A stretch of DNA of 64,000 nucleotides from Ginglymostoma cirratum (taxonomy: Eukaryota): assembly GCA_024137785.1 (NCBI GenBank), contig JAHRHZ010000155.1:832537-896536 (forward strand), written 5' to 3'. Made by a program: the position numbers and the translations under genes. Shown in pieces: positions 1 through 12,300 of the stretch. The notes under the pieces were generated by a model. The model worked only from the letters and a program-made list of their open reading frames with translations, had not been told where the DNA came from and did not search any database. Position 1 is the stretch's first letter, and every line of letters begins with the position of its first letter.

Positions 1-260
1 CAGGTGCTTCTTGAATGCTGCTATTGTGTCTGCATCCACCACCTCCTCTGGCAGTGCATTCCAGGCATTCATCACCCTTTGTGTGAAAAACATGCCTCGT
101 ACATCTCTTTTAAACTTCCTCCCTGCACCTTGGACTTATGCCCCCTAGTAATTTGACTCCATGACCCAGGGAAATAAGCCTCATACTTTCCACTCTATCC
201 ATGCCATTCATAGTCTTATAAACCACTCCTCCATTCTAGTGAAAACAGACCCGGTCTATC
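1..260 (-). mobile_element. CR1-type LINE 3' fragment
   Basis: Reverse complement resembles the CR1 ORF2 C-terminal region (TTCACACAAAGGGTG..TGGAATGCACTGCCAGAGGAGGTGGTGG), like other CR1 ends in the window. Confidence 0.7.
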
Positions 261-261
261 T

Positions 262-601
262 AAGGTGTGGAGCTGGATGAACACAGCAGGCCAGGCAGCA
301 GTAGAAGAGCAGGAAAGCTGATGTTTCAGGTCTGGACCCTTCTTCAGACCCAAAATGTCAGCTTTCCTGNNNNNNNNNNNNNNNNNNNNNNNNNNNNNNN
401 NNNNNNNNNNNNNNNNNNNNNNNNNNNNNNNNNNNNNNNNNNNNNNNNNNNNNNNNNNNNNNNNNNNNNTTTTCTGAAGAAGGGTCCAGACCTGAAACGT
501 CAGCTTTCCTGCTCCTCTGATGCTGCTTGGCCTGCTGTGTTCATCCAGCTCTACACCTTGTTATCTCAGATTCTCCAGCATTGGCAGCTCCTACTATCTC
601 T
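262..601. mobile_element. Penelope-like fold-back mini-element (inverted termini), interrupted by an N gap
   Basis: AAGGTGTGGAGCTGGATGAACACAGCAGGCC at 262 and its reverse complement near 528-560; same arms as 10904-11170 and the terminus of 23734-24941. Confidence 0.8.
370..469. other. Assembly gap (100 N)
   Basis: Run of n; a second 10-N gap lies at 14056-14065. Confidence 1.
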
Positions 602-1030
602 GAACCACTTGTGAATTATCAGTCCTTTGTCATTTGAACAGTGCAGAGTCAGTGTCAGCTCTTAATCTGCGTTGAAGGTATGCAAATGCTAGACTCGAAG
701 GACCTGTACTAAATGAGCAGCCTCCTCTCTGGAGAATTGTAGATTTATCCCTCAATACTCCATCGATCAAAGACGTTTTATTGGTGGCAAATTGTTTGGG
801 GACAACCTGAGGAAGTGAATGGCTCTTTCATTCTTCCTCGATGGTGAGCTTAAATAAACACAACAGTTTGGAGTCTTGCTGTGCACCAGAGCGACTATGT
901 TCCTCACCTCATGTAGCCTTGGCTCAAACATGATCAAATAAGCTGAATTTCGGAGGTGAGGTGAGACTGATTGCCTTTAACATCAGGCCTACAATTGACT
1001 AAATGTGGCTGAAGGATCCTGAGCAAAACA

Positions 1031-1358
1031 TCTTCTTAGAATCCCTCACAGTGTGGAAACAGGCCCTTTGGCCCAACAAGTCCACACCGAACCTCAGAGC
1101 ATCCCACCCAAACCTACCCTCACAACAACCCACCTAACCTACACCTCCCTGAACACTATGGGCAATTTAGCATGGCCAATCCACCTAACCTGCACATCTT
1201 TGGACTGTGGGAGAAAACTGGAGCACCTGGAGGAAACCCACGCAGACACGGGGAGAATGTGCAAACTCCACACAGACAGACGCCCGAGGCTGGAATCAAA
1301 CCTGGGTCCCTGGTGCTGAGAGGCAGCAGTGCTAACCACTGAGCCACTGTGCCGCCCC
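1031..1358 (-). mobile_element. HE1-type tRNA-derived SINE (shark V-SINE)
   Basis: Minus strand has the tRNA-like head GGGCGGCACAGTGGCTCAGTGGTTAGCACTGCTGCC, the core TGTGTGGAGTTTGCACATTCTCCCCGTGTCTGCGTGGGTTTCCTCC and a CR1-like tail. Confidence 0.9.
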
Positions 1359-1399
1359 AATGAGTCAATGGGAATCAGCAGAAAACTTCCCATTGGTTG

Positions 1400-2480
1400 G
1401 ATTCATACCTGGTGCATGGGAAGATGTTTGTGGTTGTTGGAGGTCAGCCATCTCTACTCCAGGATATCTCTGTAGGAGTTCCTCAGGGAAGTGTCCTAGG
1501 CCCATCATAAGATCAGCTGCACAGATACTGAAGCAGCCCTTATCCAAATGTAACAAGATTTGGTCAATTGGTCTGACAATTGTCAAGTGGCATTTGTGCC
1601 ACACAAATGCCAGGCATTACCATCTCCAGCAAGGGAGAATTGGTGCTATCATTGCTGAATCATTCACTATCAACATCCTTGGGGTTACCATTGAATGGAA
1701 AATGAACTGAACCAACCGTATAAATACAGTTGCTCCAAGAGCAGGTCACAGGTTACGAACCCTGCCGTGAGTAACTCACTTCCTGTCTCCCCAAAACTTG
1801 CCCACCACCCATAAGGCACAAGTCAGGAGTGTGATGGAATACTCCCCACTTGCCTGGATGGGTCCAACTCCACTCAAAATGTTGCTCAGCCAGGATAAAG
1901 CAGCTGCTTGATTGGCACCATATCTACAATCCCCACTTTTAGAATACTGTGTACAATTCTGGTCACCTTTCTACAGGAAGGGTGTTGTTAAACTTGAAAA
2001 GGTGCAGAAAAGATTTATAAGGATGTTGCCAGGACTGGAGAATTTGAGAGATAGGGAGAGGCTGAATAGGCTGGGGCTTTTCTTCTCTGAAACATTGGAG
2101 GCTGAGGGGTGACCTTACGAAAGTTTATAAATGGATAAGTTGAATAGCCAAAGTCTTTTCCCTAGGATTCAGGAGTCCAAAACTACAGGGCATAGGTCTA
2201 GGCTGAGAGGGGAAAGATTTGAGAAGTACCTGAGGGATTACATTTTCACACAAAGAGTGGTGCATGTATGGAAGAATCTGCCAGAGGAAGTGGTGAACAT
2301 GCGTACAATTACAGTATTCAAAAGACATCTGGATGGGTATATATATTGGAAGCGTTCAGAGGGATATGGGCCAAATGCTGGCAAATGGGACTAGGTTAGA
2401 TTGGGATCATCTCTAGATTGGGATGTCTAGTTGGCACAGATGAGTTCTTCCGAAGAGTCTGTTACCATAAAATATGACTC
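1400..2480 (+). mobile_element. Two adjacent LINE fragments (CR1/L2-superfamily RT end, then a CR1 3' end)
   Basis: ORFs 1912-2112 (LEYCVQFWSP..LEKVQKRF) and 2131-2394 (FTQRVVHVW..LPEEVV) are typical of the CR1 ORF2 C-terminus. Confidence 0.75.
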
Positions 2481-2709
2481 CATGACGCATTCATCTCCTC
2501 CACGATGAACACTCAGTAGCTGCAGTACCATCGACATGACGCACTACAGACAGCGCCTTCAAAACCCACACAGGACAGGGGCTGCAGACACACGGGAATA
2601 CCACCTCTTGCAAGTTCCACTCCAAGTCATTCATTGTCCTGACATGGAAATATATCACTGTTCCCTCAGGATCACTGGGGCACAATCCTGGAATTTCCTC
2701 ACTAATGGC

Positions 2710-2710
<1 letters not shown>

Positions 2711-2745
<35 letters not shown>
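2711..2745. repeat. (CA)n microsatellite
   Basis: Direct observation. Confidence 0.95.
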
Positions 2746-2749
<4 letters not shown>

Positions 2750-3022
2750 AAAGTCAACAAATAATTGTAGGTTCCTTCAATATTCCATGAACAAAATACA
2801 ACGCAATGACTGTCATGGGGACATCCTGAGATGTGTTACATACTTTCTTTCTTTTTACTTTCTCCACTGGTGGCGTGTCAATTTACACAGCCAGTGCCCA
2901 TCAGAAATATCACACAGCAACTTAGATTGTAGAAATGTGACTGCAAATGCATGTGGAGAGAGCTGAGCAGGGAGTCTTGCTGTGTTCTGGTTTCTCACAG
3001 CGATTTCTTTATTTGCTTGTAG

Positions 3023-3304
3023 ACTCACCACGGAATCTCTTGATCACTTCTGTTCATGTGATTGAAGATTCATCAATCAATATAACTGAGGGGAATTCTG
3101 CAAGGATAGTCTGCTCAGTCGAGAGCTTCCCAGCTTCTAACCTGACGTGGAGACATCTTAATGTCACAATGAACAGAACAAGTTCCAACAATGAGCTGTG
3201 TTTGGAGATTCCTCACATTACATACAGGGAGTCAGGAGACTATCAGTGTGTGGCAGAGAATGAACATGGAGCAATGAATGGCTCCATAACCATCACTGTG
3301 AAAT
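3023..3304 (+). CDS. Gene A C2-set Ig exon (282 nt)
   Basis: ttgtag|ACTCACCA..GTGAAAT|gtaagt; IVC..W..GDYQC Ig motif; about 79% aa identity by hand count to gene B exon 31299-31580. Confidence 0.95.
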
Positions 3305-6300
3305 GTAAGTGTACTCAGACTTTATTAGCTTTTATTGGTGTATGCAATGTGTGTATTCCTGCTAGCACTGGCATTTCTTGACCATCCCTAATTGCTGCTT
3401 GAGAGGTCTGGTGAGCTACCTTCTTGACATGACTGTGGTTTAGTGGGATTATAGGTCCATCTACAGTGCTTTCAGAAACAAGATCCAAGATTTAAGGTGA
3501 GAGGGGAAAAGTTTAAGGGAGATATGCGTGGAAAGTTCTTTACGAAGCGGGTGGTGGGTGCCTGGAACGCGTTGCCAGCAGAGGTGGTGGAGGCGGGCAC
3601 GATAGCGTCATTTAAGATGTATCTAGACAGATACATGAATGGGCAAGGAGCAGAGGGATACAGATCCCTGGAAAATAGGCGACAGGTTTAGATAGAGGAT
3701 CTGGATTGGCACAGGATTGGAGGGCCGAAGGGCCTGTTCCTGTGCTGTAATTTTCTTTGTTCTTTGTTCTATTTTGACTCAGCGACAGTGAAGAAATTGT
3801 GACATTATTCCAAGATGGGATGGTGTAGAAACATCGAGAAAAAGATTAGTAGTAGGCCATTCAGCCCATCAAAACTGCTCTGCCATTCAACATGATTTTA
3901 GTTGACCCCCTATCTCAGCATCATACTTCCAATCTCTCGTCATACACCATGACATCTTTAGCCTTTTGAAATCTACTTTTTCTTAAAATATATTCTGTGA
4001 CTTGGCTTCGTAGCCTTCTGTGGCAGACAATTGCCATAGGTTCACCTCTGATCCAAGAAATGTCTTCACACCTCAGTCCAAAATAGCCTAGACTATAGCC
4101 TGAGTCCCTGACCGCTTGCTCTGGGCCCCTGGAAAAGGGAAATATCATCCCTGCATCCAACCAGAACAGACCTGCCAGATTTGAATACATTTCAATGAGA
4201 TTCCCTCTCATTCTTCTAAACTGTAAGGAATACAGACTCAAACAACAAACCTGCCATCCTATGAATCAAGACTTGTGAACCTTCTTTGCAGGTTTATCTT
4301 TTCTAAGGTAGGAGAACCAAAACTACACACAATATTCCAGGTGTGGCCTCACCAAAGCCCTATACAGCTGCAGTAAGACTTCTTTGCTATGTTTTCAAAC
4401 CCTCTTGCAATGAATGCCAACATACCATTCACCTTCCTCATTGTTTGCTGCACCTGCATGCTTGCTTTCAGTGACCAGTGCACAAGGACACCCATGTCTC
4501 TTTTTACATCAACATTTCCCAACCAATCTGTTTAAATAACTCTCTGCCATTCTGTTTTTCTGATTGGCGTTGACAACTTCACCCTCATACACATTATACT
4601 GCATCTGTCATGCATTTATTCACTCACTCAGTTTGTTAAATTATCTTGAAGGCTCTTTACATCCTCCTCACCACCTCTCAATCCCACCTCATTTGTGTTA
4701 ATGGATCATATTGTGGAAATATTGTGTTTAATTCCCTCATCCAAATCATTGACAGATATAAAGTAAATAACTAGGACCCAAGCGCTGCTCCCTGTGATAT
4801 CCCATTTGTCACTGCTTCTTTTTCTGACAAAGACTGATTTATTTCTAACCTCTGTTCCCTGTCTGCTAACCAATTCTCAATCCATGCCAGTATATTACCA
4901 TCAGTCCAACATACTTTGATTTTTATACATTAGCCTCTTATTTGGGACTTTATCAAAAGTTTTCTGAAAATCCAAATTCACATTCACTGATTCTCCCTCG
5001 TTATTCTCCTAGTTAGCTCCCTGAAAATACTACAGCAGGTTTCCAATTCATAAACCCGTGTTGAGACTATGTAATCTTTTTGATGTTTTCTCAATGTCCT
5101 GTTGTCACATTGTCATAGAGTCAAACTTGTCCATGCCGACCAGATATCCCAAATAAATCTGGTCCCATTTGCCAGCATTTGGCCTATATCCCTTTAAACC
5201 CATCCAGATGCTTTTTAAATGTTGTAATTGTACCAGCTTCCACCATGTCCTCTGACAGCTCATTCTATACATGCACCACCCTCGACATGAAAAGGTTGCT
5301 CCTTAGGTTCCTTTTAAATCTTTCCCCTCTCACCTTAAACCTAAGCCATTTAGTTTTAGACTCCCCCACCCAGGGAAAATACCTAGTCTATTTACCCTAG
5401 CTATGTCCTGATTTTATAAACCGCTATAAGGTCACCTCTCAGCCTCAGAAACTTCAGGGAAAATGCCCCAGTCTATTCAGCCTCTCCCTGTAGGTCAAAC
5501 CCTCCAACCCTAGCAACATCCTTGTAAATCTTTTCTGAATCCTTTCAAGTTTCACAACATCCTTCCCATAGCATGGAGGCCAGGATTGCATGCAACATTC
5601 TAAATGTGGCCTAACCAATGTCCTATACAGTCGTAGCATGCCCGCCCAACTCCTATGCTCAATGCATTGACCAATAAAGGCAAGCGTACCAAATGCCTTC
5701 TTTACTATCCTGTCTACCTACAACTCCGCTTTCATGGAAATGTGAACCTGCACTTCAAGGTCTATTTGTTCAGCAACACTCCCCAGGACCTTACCATTAA
5801 GTTTATAAGTCCTGCCTTACCATAGAACAAAGAACAGTACAGCACAGTACAGTACAGGCCCTTCGGCCCACGATGTTATGCCGAACTTTTATCCTAATCC
5901 TAAGGTCTATCTAACCTCCACCCCTACCTTATACTATCGTCCATGTGCCTATCTAATAGCCACTTAAATGTCCCTAATGAGGCCAACTCCACCCTCCTCT
6001 CTGGAAATGCATTCCACACCCCGACCACTCTCTGAGTAAAGAACATACCTCTGACGTCTCCCCTATATCTACCTCCACTCACTTTAAAACTATGCCCTCT
6101 CATAATAGCTACCACCACCCTAGGAAAAAGTCTCTGGCTGTCCACTCTATCTATACCTCTGATCATTTTGTACACCTCTATCAAGTCACCTCTCATCCTT
6201 CGTCATTCTAGAGAAAAACCCTAGCTCTCTCAACCTTTCCTCGTTAGACCTTCCCTCCATTCCAGGCAACATCCTGGTAAATCTCCTCTGCACATTTTCC

Positions 6301-9300
6301 AATGCTTCCACTTCTTTCCTGTAATGAGGCAACCAGAACTGGACACAATATTCCAGATGTGGCCGAACCAGGTTTTTGTATAGCTGGAGCATAACTTCAT
6401 GGCTCTTGAACTCAATCCCACTATTAATGAAAGCTAATACACCATATGCCTTCTTAACAACTCTATCCACCTGGGTGGCCAATTTCAGGAAACTGTGGAC
6501 ATGAACCCCAAGATCCCTCTGCTCCTCCACACTGCCAAGAATCTTTCCATTAACCCTGTATTCTGCTTTCAAACTTGTCCTTCCAAAATGAATCATCTCA
6601 GACTTTTTAGGGTTAAACTCCATCTGCCAATTCTCAGCCCAGCTCTGCATCCTATCAATGTCCCTTTGCAACCTACAACAGCCCTCTGCACTATTCACAA
6701 CTTGACCCACCTTCATTTCATCCGCAAACTTACTCATCCACCCTTCCACTCCTACATCCAAACCATTTACTAAAATCACAAATAGAAGAGGACCCAGAAC
6801 AGATCCTTGTGATACACCACTCGTAACTGAGCACCATGTTGAATATTTTCTGTCCAGTACCACCCTTTGTCTTCTAAGGGTAAGCCGATTCTGAATCTAA
6901 TCTGCCACATTTCCCCCTATCCCATGCCTCCTTACTTTCTGCATGAGCCTATCATGGGGAACCTTATCAAACGCCTTACTTAAATCCATGTATACCACAC
7001 CCACTGCTCTACCTTCATCCAAGTGTTTGGTCACCTCTTCAAAGATTCAGTAAGGTTTGTGAGGCATGATCTACCTCTCAAAAATCCATGCTGATTATCA
7101 CGAATCAAACTGTGCCTTTTCAAGTGATCACAAATCCTATCTCTCAGAGCCCTCTCCAATAATTTGCCCACCACTGAAGTAAGACTAACTGGCCTGTAAT
7201 TTCTGGGGTTATCCCTATTCCCTTTGTTGAACAAGGGAATGACGTTTGCCACTCTCCAATCTTCCGGCACTATACCCATGGACAGTGAGGACGAAAAGAT
7301 CATCGCCAAAGGTCCTGCGATCTCTTCCCTCACTTCCCATACAATCCTCAAAATTCCTAGTAACATCCTTACTAACATCCACCTCCTCTAGCCTACCAGC
7401 CTGTTTCACACTGTCATCCCCTACAACTAGGTCCCTCTCAGCTGTGAATACTGAAGAAAAATATTCATTAACGACCTCTCCTATCTCTTTAGGCTCTGTG
7501 CACAAATTCCCTTTATAATCCTTGATCGGCCCTACCCTTTCTCTGGTCATTCTCTTATTCCTCACGTTCATGTAAAAAGCCTTGGGGCTGTCCTTGATCC
7601 TACCTGCCAAAGTTTTCTTATGCCCCCTTATAGCTCTCCTAAGCCCTTTCTTTAGCTCCTTCCTGGCTAACGTGTATCCCTATAGAGCCTTTTCCGATCC
7701 TTGTTTCCTAAACCTTATATAAGCATCCTTCTTCCTCTTATCTAGTTGTTCAACCTCTCTTCAGAACCAAGGCTCCCTCACTTGACTGCATCTTCCCTGC
7801 CTGCTAGTAACATATCGAGCACACGCAGTACACATTCCTTAAACAATCTCCACATTTCTATAGTGCTCTTCCCTGACAGCATCTGTTCCCATTTTATGTT
7901 ACCCAGTTCTTTCCTAAGAGAAGTATAATTACCCTTCCCCTAATTATAAACCTTACCCTGCTGTATGTACCTACCCTTTTCCATGACTATTGTAAAAGTA
8001 ACAGAGTTATGATCACTACCGCCAAAATGCTCTCCTACCAACAGGTCTAACACATGCCCAGTTCATTGCCAAGCACTAAACCCAAAGTGGCCTCTCCTCG
8101 TGTTGGTCTATCTACATACTGTGTCAGGAATCCTTCCTGCACGCACTGGACAAAATCCGCTCCATCTAAACTATTACAACGAAAAAGTTTCCAATCGATA
8201 TTTGGAAAGTTGAAGTCACCCATAACCTCAACCCTGTGACTTCTGCACCTTTCCAGTATCTGCCTCCCAATCTGCTCCTCCACTTCTCTGCAACTAATTG
8301 GGGGGTTGCAAAAAAAAAAACCCAACAAAGTGACTGCTCCTTTCTTGTTCCTGGCCTCAACCCAAACTGACTCTGTAGACATATCATTCTCGAACTGCCT
8401 TTCAGTAGCTGCTATATGTCTTTAGTATCCTGGATATAGATTATCAGGCCTGAGGCATTGAAAGCTTTCAGACCCACTAACCACGCCGGAGATTTTTTTT
8501 TAACTAACACTACCCTTCAAATCCTACTTCAAAAATACTTCTGAGTGACTTGGAGGAGAACTTGTGTTTCTATGCATCATCCTTCCATAGATCTGGCAAG
8601 TGCTGGCAAAGAAACATTGATGAGTTGCATACTGAATTTTGTAAATAGTGTACACTGCCCTTGCTGCGCATACGTGGTGGAGAAAACAAATGTCTATGGG
8701 GTGGATGTTGTGTTAATCAAATGGGCTGCTTTGTCCTGGATGAGCTTCTTGTTGTTGGAGCTGCACCCATCTAGGCAAGTGGAGAGTGTTCCATCACATG
8801 CCTTGTGAATGACAGACACATTTTGAGGAGTCAGCAGGTGAGTTCCTCGTTGCAGCATTCTGAGCCTTTGACCTGCTCTTGTCACAACATGATTGACAAT
8901 TACCAGCCTGTTCTCAGGACTGACAGCTTTTAATGCATCCGGTGTCTTCAGCCATTTCTTCACATCATGTGGAGTGAATTGAATTTGCTGAAGACTGGCA
9001 TCTGTGATGCTGGGAACCCCTGGAGAGGGCCAAGATGGGTCACTTGCCTTGCCCTTTGCACAGATATACTGGGCTCTCCCATCACTGAGGATGGGGTATT
9101 TCTGGAGTTCCCCCCTCCAATTGTTGTTTGATTTGCCTCTGACTTTCATGGCTGGATGTGGCTGGACTGCAGAGCTTTATTCTGTTCCATTGGTTGTAGG
9201 ATTGCTTAATTCTGACTAGGGCTTCCGCTGTTATGCAGTCCTTTGTGTCACCCCATCAGTTTGCCACCTCCATGAAAACAATTCTTACAGGTACAAATTC

Positions 9301-12300
9301 TGCATATGTATGTAGTACATAAATATTACATCCATAAGCTTTCCTGTATAGATTTTACACATGTGGACAGATATCACTTCACCAGTTTAGCATGAGAACA
9401 TCTACTTCTGAACACAACATTCTAAAATGGTACCGGAGTCATTCATACAATCGTACAGTGCTGTTGCTCTAGAAGGGGTGCAAAGGCAATTCACCAAGAT
9501 GTTGCCTGGGATGGAGCATTTCAGCAATGAAGAGAGGCTGGATAAGCTCAGGTTGTTTTCTTTGGAGCAGAGAAGGTTGAGGGAGAAACCTGATCAAGGT
9601 AATGTTTTGGGGGTGCATGGATAGAATGAATGGAAAGCAGCTGTTCCCTTAGTTGAAGGATAAATACCAGAGGGGCAACATTTTTAAGATGACAGGCAAG
9701 CAGATTAGACGGGATTTGAGGAAAACTTTTTTTCACCCAGGGGTTGGCGGGGCTCTAACCTGGAAGAGTAGTTGAGGTTGAAAGCCTCACAACCTTTATG
9801 ACATATGACATTATGAACCCATAATTCAAAGGAATAGGCCTTGTGTACTTAAATAGTACGAGAGCAGGTAGCAGTATAGCGTTGATGGACCGAACGGCCT
9901 CTACTGTATGATTTCTTGATTCTATGAGAGCCCATCAAGTTTGTAACACCAAAACTGCACTACATCTAAATTCTTTGGCTGTTTTTCCAGTTCAAGATTT
10001 CAGTGGATGGAAAGCAGGATTGCTTGGAGCTGGAATCATTTTAAGTGTTGGACTGAGTGGATTCTTCATCTTCAAGTGTGTGAGAAAGTAAGTGCAGAAG
10101 GTTCATTTGCTGCTTTTGAACTTGCAGCAGCTCTACAGCACCTTTGACAGTTCGAAAACACTTCAGAGGCACTGAATTGCCTTGACGTTCAGTCACTCCT
10201 TAATAATCCATCAAAGAGCGCAGTTCTACCTCAGCAGTGCAACCAACGGTGTCAGTCTGGATGTAAAACGTGCTTTGATCTCCTCAGGTTGTGAAACGGG
10301 TTGTTTCACTGCAGGCCAGGAATACTGGAGAAATTGGTCTGGAGAATACTGGTCTGGCTGCAGCTGTGGAGAGGGAAACAGAGTTAACATTGAGAGTCCA
10401 ATCTGAATCATTCACAGATTTTTCCAAATACTATTCTGAACCTGATGAAGACACATGTTGGACTTGAAACCTTAACTCTGTCTCTCTATACGGATGCTGC
10501 CTGCTGTCTGCTGCCCATCCTGCTGAGTTTCTCCAGCATGTTCTGTTTTTGTCTCAGGTCTCAAGCATCAGCAGCATTTTGCTTTGATATAAATGCAAAC
10601 CTCTCTGTCATCAGTGGATGCACCCCTTTCCATTTTCACCATCTCATTTCCCCTCTCTGGTTTCTCTATCTCATTCTCCCCCTCATTCTCTTACACATTG
10701 TCCAGTTTCTCACCGTTTTAAAGAGCAAAGAGTAACATCTGGACCTGCAGAAGTTCCCTCTTCACCCTCTGGAGGGAGCAGTGATCTAAAATTCAAAGTT
10801 ACACTGCAATATTGTCAGGAAACAGGAAACAAAGAGTTAATGATTTACCATTAATGAAAGATAAAGGTCCTGTGTTTCAGAAAAAAAGTGCTTTCACACT
10901 GTTGATAACAAGGTGTAGAGCTGGATGAACACAGCAGGCCAAGCAGCATCAGAGGAGCAGGAAGGCTGACGTTTTGGGCCAAGACCCTTCTTCAGAAATT
11001 ATTCAATTAAATTATTCAACGATCCCCTTCCCCTCCCCCATTTCTGAAGAAGGGCCTAGGCCCGAAACGTCAGCCTTCCTGCTCCTCTGATCCTGCTTGG
11101 CCTGCTGTGTTCATCCAGCTCTACACCTTGTTATTTCAGATTCTCCAGCATCTGCAGTTCCTACTATCTCTGCTTTCACACTGTTATCCACTTTCTCATC
11201 TGACCGATGGTGAATGTTTCTAATTCAATACACAGAGCAAAAAGCACAGGAAGAGGTCAAACAGCATGTGTCAGTAGACACACTCCAGGCGAGCAGTGGG
11301 ACAGGTCCAGGGTAAGTAACATAATTATTGGAATTTAATTCCGCAACCAACATCTTCCTTTGTTAATGCTGTGACTTTATAAAGGCAGATTCCAATGATC
11401 GATGCCATTAAAATATATATACTTAGTATTAAGACCTGGTTGTAAGGCTCAAGTCTGCTGTACAGAACATCTTTTAATCAAATTTTGTGGCTGGGTTGCA
11501 CAAGCTAAGCTAAGCTTGAGCTCCCTAGAGACTAGAACATTAAAGGAGCTGAGCAAAATGATTAAGATAATGAAAGGATTACTTTATAGTACAGAAGTTA
11601 ATTGTTGCTCAAAGGATACAAAATAAAACTACGCAGCATGATAATGACTTCCCGATCATCTGTTTCTTGTGAACACACATTAAAAGGCCTATGCCCACTA
11701 TCTTGAGCAGTGCCCAGTCTAATTCAGGATACTCTGGAAGGGAAAGATGACTCAAAACAAAAGTATCTCACGCTGCTACTCTGCTGAAAACCCACGAGTG
11801 GTTTACTCCACTAAAAAGATCTGGAGTCAAGTCAAAAAGATGTTTTGCCTACGATGCTGTCCGGCAGGTTAGTGATGCAGAATGATGCTAACATCACTGG
11901 CTGAGAGTGCCACGATTGTCCTACCTTTGCAACTTTGCCCCGGTCTAAGCTGTGGTCAACCCTCTGCTTAAACTCATTACAAGTCATCTCTCTCTCTGCA
12001 TTGCCTCAAGCAATGATTGTTTTTCATGAAATATTAAAGGCATTTATTAGATAATCCAAACCCCATTTTGAGTAGACAAAATAGATTCCAACAAACATTT
12101 CACCTTTTTCTTCGAGAAAAAAGGCTCATGGAGACTGCAAATCCCTGCTGTATTTCCCTGGCAACACAACCTGATTAATCACAACCTGCCTGTCGGCTCT
12201 GATAACTCAGATTGACAGTTAACTGTTCCTGTTGCAATTCCATGTCAATACGTTTTAGAGATAATTGTTCCTGCTGCATTTTAATGTCACTAAGATCGAT

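Noticed and set aside
1285-1358. tRNA gene
   Set aside because: It is the tRNA-derived head of an HE1 SINE and continues into the SINE body
2863-2878. Second CTCF site (TCCACTGGTGGCG)
   Set aside because: The 5' half matches the core poorly
10009-10014. TM lysine (WK) as a DAP12/FcRgamma-pairing charge
   Set aside because: It lies at the extracellular edge of the helix and is shared by the ITIM-bearing gene B
10724-10800. Extra gene A cytoplasmic exon (EQRVTSGPAEVPSS..)
   Set aside because: In the phase-2 frame required after the TM exon it hits TGA, and it has no convincing donor
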